Shown here piece by piece: positions 26,574 to 38,385 of a stretch of 64,000 bases of DNA (positions are counted from its first letter, which is position 1; every line of letters begins with the position of its first letter). Source of the DNA: Balanoglossus misakiensis (taxonomy: Eukaryota; Animalia; Hemichordata); NCBI GenBank assembly GCA_040954595.2, contig CM082590.2, positions 1,240,001 to 1,304,000 on the forward strand, read 5' to 3'. Below the pieces are notes generated by a model, which saw only the letters and a list, made by a program, of their open reading frames with translations, did not search any database and had not been told where the DNA came from. The translations under genes and the position numbers were made by a program.

Positions 26574-29500
26574 TAATTCATGTTGGGGTTTGTAATATAA
26601 GTGGAGTAATTAGCACGTGGAAACATTATGATGCGATGCCAAACGCCAGTCCATGGAAGTCTCAAATTGTATATTTCTTGGCAGCGTGGCTCACTTTTCA
26701 CACATGCCATTCATACATGCCATTTGCGGCAGTAATCGGACAAAAATTCATTTTGCAGCAGAATTCATGTTATCGCCGGCTGAGTTGTAAAGTATTAATG
26801 TTATGTATGGTTCAATTGGAGAGTAAAGCGAATTTGGTAATGTTAGGCGTTACGATATATCGACTTCCGAGTTGATTTTTTCGACTGATGATTAAATAAT
26901 GCAACAGCCACTGCACGTCATGATGGATCCCCGAAAGGATCCCGATTCTTCGCTCAGATTTAAAAAAAAAGAAAAACTGAATGTCTGTTAGAATATGTCA
27001 TTGATATGTAACCGTTTATTCAAATTATAGATAGTATAGATAGAGTTACAGATTATATAGTGTGACAAAAGATTTCTTATAATTTCAGACGTTGTATCAT
27101 GACTTGTCCCTGAATCCTCTGCATCTGTGTTTTCTGTGAAATGTAAACGTCGTGCAGCCCTTGGTGTTGAATGTTCATTGGCCTATAAGAAAATATTGGA
27201 ATTACAATATCATACTACATTCAAACCCTGGCAATAGAGGAACAACAGGCCAGGAAAGCATGACAGCAGTGAAAATAGAATTAATGTAAATCTGAGAAAT
27301 ACAGACTAATAGTCAATGTCAATTGTTAATTTATCCCTTGACATATCAGATTGGATATATTTTATCCTCTTATTTTAAAAGTTATTTTTCCTTGTGTAAT
27401 GTTCAGGTGGCAAACTTTTAAGAGATTATTTTTAGTATTAATTTCATTGTTGTTAAAAGAGGTTAACTTACGGTTGAACTGTTATCAGCCTCTATTTCAT
27501 TTTTCCACTGTAGTATTTTCGTGTCATGAGATTTCTTTATTGAGTCTACCAGGGACCTAGTGGATGTCTTCGAAAGGCAGATACCAAGCTTGTTGAAGCA
27601 CTGGAAAAGCTGGATGGTAATAAATAATATTGTATAGGATTTCATAAATTTATCACAGCATAGAGGCATTTCATACAGGATTTGTTATAGGCTCATGTTT
27701 AACTACTGATTTAGACATTGTATCTTAAGTGCCACATGCTTTCATATTTTTAAGGAAGAACTTGTTAGATAATTTTTTAACCCTTGTACATGTACATCCA
27801 GACAAAAAAATCAATCGCATTTACTGTCCAGGTAGCAAATTAAGCAAATGTCAATAAAAACATATCAGTTTATTCCTGCAAAACCAAGACTGATGCTAAA
27901 AATGATTATTTTCATAACATCCAGTACATAAAATTCATATTTACTCACTTTATCACTACATCCATTTTGCTACATCTGCACGGAGTTAACACCGACTAAA
28001 AATTTAAATTTTTGTGGTGTTCTTGCATGCAACAATCCCATCAGAATGGAACCAAACCTGGCAACAGAGCATGATGAACCACTCCTGTAACAAGGGAACA
28101 GATGTGTTGATTAAATATATAGAAGAAATACTGACACAGCTTCATTCTCAGTCAAAAATATGCATTCATGTATTTTTAGACTACCAATATCTGGGGTTGT
28201 ACACCTGTCCTATATTGCTGCATAATGTTTTTATTTTAGTACAGTAAGCTAGTAAGCTACAATCAATTGGATTCCCCAGTCACTTTTAGGCATCTCCAGT
28301 ATGTCATCATAACTATGTGAGTAATAACAAAAAATGATAGTTCCCTAAATTCAGCAAAAACACTTAATGTAAAAGAAGATTACGTGCTTTGTTTGCCTTG
28401 TCACCATGGACGTAATGCAAGCAAATGTTGCAGGAACTTCCTTCTTTAGTTGATTTATTACATCTCCCCAACTAAAAGAAGACAAATTTTCAATTGTTAC
28501 AGGCTTGGCAAGTGGTGTTTCTTTTTTTTTTGAGTACTCTCTCATTTCCTTTTTGATCATATTTGCTGCAACTTTGAGTATGGCATTTCTTGCTGGTTTG
28601 CTTTTCTTGACCAGGATGTTAAACGCCTGGAGATATTGGGATCTCAGCAGTTTCTTAACGACACTCCCACGGTTGGATATAATCTAATAAGAATACTTAC
28701 ACCCTTTACTGGTGTACCAAGTTTCCTTCTCTTTGGTGAAAGACCAATTGGAGACCTGTAACTCTCATCGGGCATTTTTTTGAGAGCAGAGCTTGCTTGC
28801 TCCTGCTGTCGGAAAAGGCGCGGCTAGTCTCATCATAATTTTTGCCTGATGAGTGTAGCTTTGCCAGAACTCTGGCACAGGGCAAACACAAGTATCGTGG
28901 TTTTCCTGGCGTAAGGATTACATGAAATTCACGTTCAATAACTTCTATGCCCGGTTGGCTGGAGTGGGGCAATTTTGCGTCCACAGATTTTCTTTGTAGA
29001 GTTTTTTGTTTGGGGGCAAATTTAACACCACAATTAATGCATTCCTCCATGGCTACTGAAAGTGTATAGCGAAGGATGATGGGATTTTGCATGTTAATGA
29101 CGTTTAATTAGCACTTAAGAAAGCCAGACAGAGACAGACACTACCATAAAACCATAAATCAATTAACTTTACTAGAAGTATCCAATATCAAATGTCCAAA
29201 TTACATGTCAGAAGCTTTGAACATTTTAGTTTAGTTTATTTTGTATTTATTTCACATCGAATATAATTACAGTATATTTAATTAATGTATACAACTTTTT
29301 AAAGGTAAAAGTATACATATTTTTCCCCGTTAACTTCGGTATTAAAATATATTGAAAAAAATTTCGGTCCGATGCTCTTTTGTTTGCCAGATCCGAGCTG
29401 GCCGTGATCTGTGATGCGGTGGCTGATGGGTAAACTCGTTGTATTTCAGTATGGCATTCTCCGGGTAAACACGGAAGTGCAACAAAGCTTCAGAAAACGA

Positions 29501-30229
29501 GCGTTTTTTGTCGTTATGATAGCTGGTCAAAGTTGATCGCCTCATTTCTGGGGTCGCTTAGAGGTAGAGGTAAGCTGGGAAAGGATTTTTCCCTCGATAA
29601 ATTCGAATTTCCGAAAAACAGCTGCGGTCCGGATCCGGACCGCAGAAGCACCAGTTTTTTCTATGTCGCCTTGCAGGGCTGTGGGTGGAGGCCATGTAAC
29701 GCCGGGAACACACAGAGCTGTACGCAGGGCTATGGGAGTGTGAGATTCTTTTATTCCCTCCACACAGGATATATCAAAGTAAGCTGTACTAATTCACCTA
29801 TTAATTGTAAACAATGATCTTCCGAACTCAACAGTAGCAAATGCCATAATAGATACGTACCAGCACTTGTCAAGTGGTTGCGAACCAGAAATAAACTCTT
29901 TGGTGTTGGGTTCATTCTGTTTTCCACTTCTCGACGATCTGGTCCGCAGCGTATACGCTTCATCCATTGTGTGCAGTATGGTTAACGGTCACTGCGTGCT
30001 GTGTCAGTGACTATTGCGCCACCAAGTGGATGACACTGTATAGTCTCGGTTTATACCCAGACCCCTCTGCTTCCTCCGTTGGACACTCCAGAAAGAGGAT
30101 TAATTGACAAAAGATAAGGTTTGTGGAACAAATCGGTGCGCCAAAATGAGCCGTCTCGTATAAACTGAGGACGCTAATTCATGTTGGGGTTTATAATATA
30201 AGTAGAGTAATTAACACGTGGATACATTA

Positions 30230-31046
30230 GGCCAAAAAAAAAAAACAGTTTTGTTTAGCGTCCAAGCAAAATCTCAAAATTGATGCGGTGACGCGGCTTC
30301 TTGTTCACTGTTCAGAGTTCAGTTTTTATGCTCAGTCACTTGGCGATTTTCTGAATATTTTTCTCTTCCGTTTGAGATACTTTGGCCGGGTACTGTAACA
30401 AAGTTCACACGTTGGATACACATCGGCAGCCCTCTCTCCAGTTACCAGTAGACCATCATGACTAGCACATATACAGTTGGCAGGATATGATTCTGGTTTC
30501 CTTCGGATATGTTGTATTCCAAAGCTGAGCCACATGTATAGTCTATGTCTTCCAAGGCAGTTACCAGGTTTAGCAATTCATTTGCTTTCAATTTCTTTGC
30601 ACTGTGCAAAACTCTTGGTCTGTCACATTCTCCACACTTGACAGTACACCTGACTCTACCAGCTGTCTGTGCACTGGGACTGAATGGTACACCATGGCTT
30701 TCATTCTTCTGCTTTTCAAGAGAAGGTCGTTGGCTTTCATTGGTGAGTGTTCCATACACTTCAGCAAATGGCTTGTAGTGGTCTTTGTCATCAGCCAACA
30801 TTGGGTCAGGAAGGAAGTGTAACTCTTCAAACTTCTCTGCAGGAAGTCTGGGTGGTTTGTGAAATCTGCATACCAAGCTGCTACACTTTTTTACACTGAA
30901 TGAATAATTCCTGCTCTGACAGTGATCTTCATAGAACTTGGCTAGGTTTTCTGATTTCTGCGCTTCTTTCTTTGTTACCTTTATGTGTACAGCCGGGTCT
31001 ATTTGATGAAGGCTGTTCTCTAGATCCTGGATTTCCTGGCTGTCAT
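30230..31046 (-). mobile_element. Zator-like element end with terminus and transposase tail
   Basis: In copy 5, GGATACA-TTA is followed by GGCCAAAAAAAA..., whereas copies 1-3 read GGATACATTA-TGATGCG (empty). A GG terminus at a TWA target fits Zator. The other terminus is not seen. Confidence 0.6.
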
Positions 31047-32141
31047 ATACGGGCGACCGTAATTACTACTAAATATTCCAGAAACATATGATAGATACTA
31101 GCTTGTGAGTGATATGATAGACTGTACGCTTACTTACCATCAACGGATTCTCCACCATCTTCAAATCGATGCCTTATTTGTCTATGTGATGCCTCCAACA
31201 GTCTGCCAAATTCATCATACTTTTTGCACACTTCCGAACATTCTGGAATAACAAGGCATCATGAACCACACTGTAAAACTGCTTATGCAATACAGTGCTT
31301 TCTCACACTCTTGGCCGCTGAGAGTGTGGGATAGAAAGTGTGGGATCAGATCTATCCCACACTCTGTGTTAAACCCCGGTGCGGGGTATAAAAGACCCCC
31401 CAAATCAGTGGTGAATCTTAATGCCGTTTGACTGACAACAGACAACACCAACGATCTTGGCTCTATGAAAATCGGCCCAAACAGGTCCAAGCATAAAGAA
31501 TTACACCACACGACGACAGTAGTTGGCTTTATAAGCACACACAACATAAAGTTATCGACGAAAGAGTACACGAGCTTTTGAAACAACGATGATTTTGGGA
31601 GAAATCTGGTTTCAGTGCTTTTCAGAAGCGTCCCTGGGAAACAATAACCACGCCATTCAAACAGCTGTCAATCGCGTAGAGGTGTAAAGTGTTCAATTAT
31701 TTTCTATGTACATGAGATCAATTACACAGTCATTATGCACGACGACCACTCCCAAATAAACAACTATACAAACACACGTTAATCCGAACCCCGGTACTTT
31801 CCGCACCGGGGTTTAATGCGCACACAGACAACTTTTATCTGGCACCAATCTGATTAAAATCAGATGTAGGGAACGGCGACTTGGGTTTTTTATGCTGTCG
31901 CCTCACACTACATCTGACCAACTCTCACTGAAGCTCCCGTTGAAATCTCGCATTCGGACCCGGCCAATTAGTTGGCGTGTTACGCCGACCAAAGAATTCC
32001 ACTGGGAGATGGGAGAATTTTTTTTGTTGACTTTAAGTACCGCACAGAATACGACAGATTGGCTTTCTCTTGTGAACAATTACATGTAATCCCATGATAT
32101 CTTTCTTTGTTTGGCGTCATCGTATACGAGTGGTTTTCGCA

Positions 32142-33634
32142 GAGCAGTGCAACGTCGAGCTGTAGCCATATACAAATGATGAACTGTCGCTGATCATTCA
32201 TAAACTCTCCTAACAAGTCGTCATGTTCACCATCGTAGTCATGCCGCCAGTCGGGAAAATGACGTACACTGTACTTCATGTAAAAGTTTATAACAAAGTA
32301 AACCAAATTTCACTGCCATGTATTCCAAAACCATTAATAATGAGACAGGGTTTTAAAATAACGCTAACTTCGGCTATGGAAGGTCAAGTCACAGCTCTGC
32401 GTACAGGTCTATGTGTTCCAGCATAGCCGAATTCGTCCCCTGCAAGGCCCCATAGACAAAACTGGTGCGTCTGCGGTCGAGGTCCGGACCCGGACGCAGC
32501 TTTTTCGTTCGAAATTCGATTTTATCGAAGCAAAATCCTTTCCCTGTCTAATTCTACCTCCTAACCGACTCCAAATATGATGCGATTAACTTCTTCTAAC
32601 GTTCGTGTAACGCCGGGAAAACACAGACCTGTACGCAGAGCTAGTCAAGTCAGTGCAGTCGGTCTGTACACTCTGGTGATCATGGCGACAGAATCTCTCC
32701 CTGTTAGATCAATCTGATTAAAATCAGATGTAGGGAACGGCGACGTGTTTTTGTATGCTGTCGCCTACACTACATCTGACCAACTCCCACTGCAGCTCCC
32801 GTTGAAATGTACGGGATTTACTGGGCCAGTAAGCCAATCAGAAGGCGCCTTATAGCAAAGGATAGGCATCCCACATTATCACATGACCTGGCCTTGCGGT
32901 TGTTACCACGTATCCCACGCGCGAGAGTCGAATCAGTGTTGGGAATGGTTTCGATCCAGTTCAGCGTTACTTAACCTCTATATTCCACCGGCCAACGAAA
33001 TGTATAAGACGTGGCAACAAGTCGCAGTAAAATTGTTAGAGAATCGATTACATTTGTGTAAGGCCGTCACAGGGAGAGATTCTGTTGCCATGATCACCAG
33101 AGTGTACCGACCGACCGACTGCACTGACTTGACTAGCTCTGCGTACAGGTCTGTGTTTTCCCGGCGTTACACGAACGTTAGAAGAAGTTAATCACATCAT
33201 ATTTGGAGTCGGTTAGGAGGTAGAAGTAGACAGGGAAAGGATTTTGCTTCGATAAATCAAATTTCGACCGAAAAAGCTGCGTCCGGGTCCGGACCTCGAC
33301 CGCAGACGCACCAGTTTTGTCTATGGGGCCTTGCAGGGGACGAATTCGGCTATGCTGGAACACATAGACCTGTACGCAGAGCTGTGACTTGACCTTCCAT
33401 AGCCGAAGTTAGCGTTATTTTAAAATCTTGTCTCATTATTAATGGTTTTGGAATACATGGCAGTGAAATTTGGTTTACTTTTTTATAAACTTTTACATGA
33501 AGTACAGTGTATGTCATTTTCCCGACTGGCGGCATGACTACGATGGTGAACATGATGACTTGTTAGGAGAGTTTATGAATGATCAGCGACAGTTCATCAT
33601 TTGTATATGGCTACAGCTCGACGTTGCACTGCTC
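32142..33634. repeat. Long inverted duplication: arms 32142-32704 and 33069-33634, ~364-bp spacer
   Basis: The arms are reverse complements with scattered SNPs. The ORF track shows the same peptide (MFTIVVMPPVGK..) on + at 32223 and on - at 33553. Confidence 0.95.
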
Positions 33635-33961
33635 AACATTGAGTGAAGATCTGACTGAACAATCTGCAAAAAATAACTAATTGAAATATATTTAAATTTT
33701 GAAATAATCCAAAAATATACCTTCTGTTGTAATTTCTAAGCATACTGGTTATACACAGACCTTTAGAAAACGTTGTCTCTTTATCAACTTGTGAAATGTG
33801 TTAAAGTGACTAAAGAATTCAAATTTGTTAAACGTTGAAAATTTCTAAAATTTATTCAAACTTCAAAGCTCCCCCCTAACGTATTTTTGCCAAATCAATA
33901 ACTAACTTTACTAAGTATATTCAAAACTTAGTGTTTCTTTGATCTATATTGAATGTCATTG

Positions 33962-34182
33962 TACAATACAATACAATACAATACAATACAATACAATACA
34001 ATACAATACAATACAATACAATACAATACAATACAATACAATACAATACAATACAATACAATACAATACAATACAATACAATACAATTCAATACAATTCA
34101 ATGCAAATAATACAATACAATACAATACAATACAATACAATACAATACAATACAATACAATACAATACAATACAATACAATA
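33962..34182. repeat. (AATAC)n pentanucleotide microsatellite
   Basis: Directly visible; roughly 40 units with a short interruption near 34087-34108. Confidence 0.99.
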
Positions 34183-34322
34183 AATGACAATGGCTTTTGA
34201 GCTCTTCAATAGGCAAAATTGCCATGGAAACAAACAAGATGTTGATGACTCTGACTATTCAAGGATTATCTCTAATCCGAAGTAGTAGGTTATGCAGTGT
34301 TCCTGAGCGAAAAAGCCCCAGT

Positions 34323-36300
34323 TTATGTGAAAACAACCTCCTCTGCAACCATGTAGATTTGCTGATATTTATAATTTGGTGGTGCCTCTCCACCCAGGTG
34401 TAGCATGCCAGTGCCAGGTTGAATATACTCTCGTAAGCCATCATAGAGTACCCAAGCCTTGTGTTTCCTGATAATGCTAATGAAGTGACTGCCATCTCCA
34501 AGTGTGCAAGCAAAGGGTGAGTACCTACAAAAAAGTAAGACAGGTAAACTAAATAGTAGTAATGGATTTTATAATGGTTTTAAAGACTTAGTTAGAGGCA
34601 TTTGTTTGAACTTTCCTATCTCAAGATATTGAATATAAATCATGTGAAAAGACACCGTCACTGGTGGGTTTTAATCCTTTAAGAAAAAAAATATCTGACC
34701 ATATGATACATAATATATTTCCAAATTTTAATTGCCACAAAAGTTGAAGCAAAAACATTCATTTCTTGGGCATCATGGTAAAAATTTTAACTTTGTCATG
34801 TGTGTACAACACAGCTCAAAAATTTCTTGTAGTTGTGGACGGTAGCTCCAAATCTTACCACTTATCCTGAACTTGTATTCTTTCTGGTATTTCCTTAATG
34901 GACTTTAACCTCTGACCTGTTTCTGATGGATATGATGCATCAATGATTATGAGTGGTAGCATTCCTGATTGTAAATATAACATCTGTCATCTGCATCACT
35001 CCTGGACAGTAATGACAAACCCTACATGAAAGAAGTATGAAGACTTTTTAAATGATTCCATTACATTGTACATTTTTGGGAAAAATTTTGATGTTAAAAT
35101 CTAAATTGATTAGATATCTTCAAGAAGAAGGGATAGTTCCTTTCATTTATTATTATGCTCACTCTTCTGAGTGTCATCATAAAGTCAAACATTACTTGGT
35201 GATGTTTCATCACCTTTCTAGTTGTCCATAATGTAATATGTTGTTACATTTTTTATTCACCATTATCCATAGTGCCATATGACTTCAACGTGAGCTAGTT
35301 TAACACAGAAACATATATGTCAAATAAAACATAATATTGTCTTACCGTTTCTGTGAAATCCATGTTCCTTCATGGTCAACCAGTTCATCAAATACAACTT
35401 TTTGTGTCTGTCTCTCTTCAGATGGCTCATCAACAGTCTGTGTGCATTTTTTGCCCTGGTTGTCAACACCCATCCAGTTGTTTATGGCTGCCTGTAGATA
35501 ACCACTGTTGCCCTTTGGAATGGACGTCACATCACTGAAATGTGGAAATTATTGTCAGCTTTTTCAAGTAAGTGACGAATTAGTTGAAAATGCTCAGAGA
35601 ATTAAAGCCACTTGTTTTGTGATTACAGTACAGTTCTCAGAATGTATCAATATTTTAAAATTAATTTTAAGTGAGTGGAAAACCAGAAGTGAGTAAAAAT
35701 CTTGGATGTAAAATCAATCTCTGTTGGTGGTAACAGGCATTTTCATCCAGTGCGTCTTAACCTCATATGGTACAGTTCAAATTTAATTACTAACTGATAT
35801 GACTAGAATTTAGAATTTAAAATTTCAAACATGATATTTAATCATAAAAAACTTGTGATTCTGTGTACCATTAGTAAGCATTTCTTACCACAAAGTTGGC
35901 AAGGTGTATAGTTGTGTTGTTATTCTTCTTGGACAGGTCACTTCAGAACATGTCCATGTCATGGTTATACTTTGGTTGACATCTAGAATTGGCTGCATAT
36001 ACGTTACTTCAGCACCCCAGTAGTTCCATGTCTCTCCAATTTTCTGCACTTTAAACTGTTTCAGCCATTCAGCTTTCCCTTTAAACCATTGCTGCTGCAG
36101 GAAGTATACATCTTCTGCAAGGTTTTGTTGACCGGATTATTATTATTGAGAAACCATTGGAGGACATCAGATCGATGGCAGAATAACATGTGATGTATCA
36201 TCAGCATGTTGTCAGCAGGACATGTGTTTGTCATGGTAATCTTTCTGGAATCCTTGTTGCTCACACACCAACCACCCCATGGTAAGCACCATTTCACCAT
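34323..36300 (-). pseudogene. USP/peptidase-C19-like cysteine protease domain over four exons
   Basis: Cys-box-like MTNTCPADNML at ~36202-36234. His-box-like GDGSHFISIIRKHKAWVLYDGL in the last exon; the phase-2 splice QDK-W-YSPF is in frame. Confidence 0.6.
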
Positions 36301-36499
36301 GGTTTGCTGCTGTAGTCTTTGGCATCTTCACTTGCGTTGTATGCTGCTCAAGGCTTGTCTGTTGGATTGGTTTCCTTTCTTTGGGTTCTTCCAGCTTCTT
36401 TATTGGAGCCCTGTAATACACTGTTTTGATGTTTGTTGTTTGTTTTCATCTTTGCCATATTTCCTTGGCGTTTTCCACCATGTTTCCTCGAGTCCTTTT

Positions 36500-38210
36500 T
36501 GTTGCCAGTGATCTCAGCCCAATGTCGCATAGTCGTGATGAAATTGACTTGTGCATCATTTGTAGGAATTGGGCCGCCTTCAGATTCGTTTTTCTGTTTA
36601 GGATTTGGATCTTTAATTCTCACATCCGATTCTCCGCGTTGGCGTTAGAGGCACGACTTTCTATTTCTGTTGTCGAAATTGTCGGCTTATTGCCCAACAT
36701 GATTCCACTCCAAAGTGGTAGTAGGGGCAAGTATCTCATCTGCAAATCTTGGAGATATTCCTTGCACTGGTAGGCATTGGTCTTCAGGGATTCACTTGCT
36801 GGAGTATTTGTCATTGACTTTGTGATGATCTCATGGAAATAGTGAAAGTATGGTGAGTGCTCCCTAATACTCTTGCCTCTCAGATCTGAATAGGAATCGT
36901 CAGTGGCCATATCAAACTCCTTATCTTCTTCAGATATGTCTGTATCATCTGCTCGTCGAGCTATTTTGTCTTTCATCCTTTTCAGACTGATTTCCATGGC
37001 GGGCGTGCGATGTGTAGATGTCGTCACCACTGTGATGTCTTTCACTATGCTGCTAACTTCTTCTAGTGTTGTAGAGTTCTGTTGAAGACCTGTTGTGTAC
37101 ATCAGAAATCTTCTCAGATGTTTGTCTAAACATCTATGTCGGAGACGAATGCTTACTTCATGAATGAAGTGGGCAGCACAGATGTGAACTACAGTGAAAC
37201 TACCTAGGCTCCTGAGTGGTGGATGTTCCAGTGATGAGATTCCATGATCTTTTGATGTACTTGTTAATATCTTCCATATTGAAGGTTAACAGGACAGCAC
37301 GCAACAATGAAGTCTATTTCAACTCGCTGTGGGATGACAGAGTGGGATGATATCGTCTTTGCTGCCCTTCTGAATTTCATCAGGAAATGTAATATTGATG
37401 GCACTGTATGCTCACTGGTTATCATTTCTGCCAGAGGGATTGGTGGTTTTCTTGGCGTCAGCAACATTTCTGAAGACACGACAATAGCATAGAACAAAAT
37501 GCGCTGACTGATGTGTGCTGCTCGTTTTACCACTGTCTCCGTTGCATCGATATGCAGGTATGCCCTTTTAGTTTGGCAGAGTCTTCTGTAAATGTTCAAC
37601 TGTTTCTCTGTGAAACATACAACTTTAAAAGGGAAATAGTGAATCTCTTGAATATATCCCCCTTTCACCTCTTCATTTAGCTTGTTCATTGTGTTTATGA
37701 TATCTTCAAGCATGTCTGTTGATGTCTGGCTGAGACAGTTCTCTTCCGAAGATATCTTTTGGTACTCAGTTGAAGATTGGACTTTGGTAGTATTTCCAAA
37801 CACTACAGCTTCTTTATCGGATGTTGCCAGGCATGTCAGCCGGTATTCGCTGGGATTTTTACCCCCCCCCCCCATTTGAATCGCAGTTTCCTACCATTCT
37901 TCATTCTTCTTCTGTCTTGCTTCTTGATCTCCATTTCTGTGTCTAATTTTCCCATTGCTCTCCACCACAACAGTAACAGGTGATTTTCCATATGGTTCCT
38001 CCATTATTGTAAACTTGTAATTTTGACATGATGTGTGTTTGCATTAAGCCAGTACTCTGCAAAATGGGCCACTTGATTTTCGTAAATTTTTCTTTGCAAT
38101 TCTGTTTCCTTTGAATACTAAGGGGCATTTATTGTTTGTTTTATTTTGCAAATTTCTCATTGAATATGTAGCACCAGCCATCTTCTAGTCGTCTTTGCCC
38201 ATCTTTGTAT
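36500..38210 (-). pseudogene. MULE/NOF-FB-like DDE transposase core
   Basis: GYIQEIHYFPFKVVCFTEKQL..LHIDATETVV..ILFYAIV..PIPLAEMITSEHTVPSILHFL..PQRVEIDF..HICAAHF..YLPLLPLWSGIML..SNANAENRM*ELKIQIL. The D, D, CxxH, E spacing is that of Mutator-like transposases and the motif set resembles the NOF-FB protein family. Confidence 0.8.
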
Positions 38211-38385
38211 CATTTGGTTGGTTTTATCTTGTTACATTCTTCCTGTGATAGTTGAAAATTAAATGACTTAATTTTCTGTTCCATGAACTCGCCCTGCTGA
38301 ATGGTAACACCTATGAGTTCTTCTGTAACGTTTTCATCGATAGGGAAATCATCACACGAACTGATGTGATCTTCAGTGTCATCCA

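Larger units (their letters stand above)
1..32652. repeat. Tandem segmental array of ~5 copies of a TE-mosaic unit (arbitrary register starts at 1, 9524, 15950, 22346, 29143)
   Basis: Anchor ACCATAAAACCATAAATCAATTAACTTTACTAGAAG recurs at 1, 9524, 15950, 22346 and 29143. The ORF track repeats near-identical peptides at these offsets. Length differences are explained by copy-specific insertions and deletions. Confidence 0.97.

Noticed and set aside
33928-34233. ORFs (YCIVL)n and (IQYNT)n
   Set aside because: Translations of the AATAC microsatellite.
33635-34322. Terminal inverted repeat of the MULE/NOF-like element
   Set aside because: No sequence here is matched in inverse at 54-55 kb or 60.8-64 kb by eye, so element boundaries are not called.
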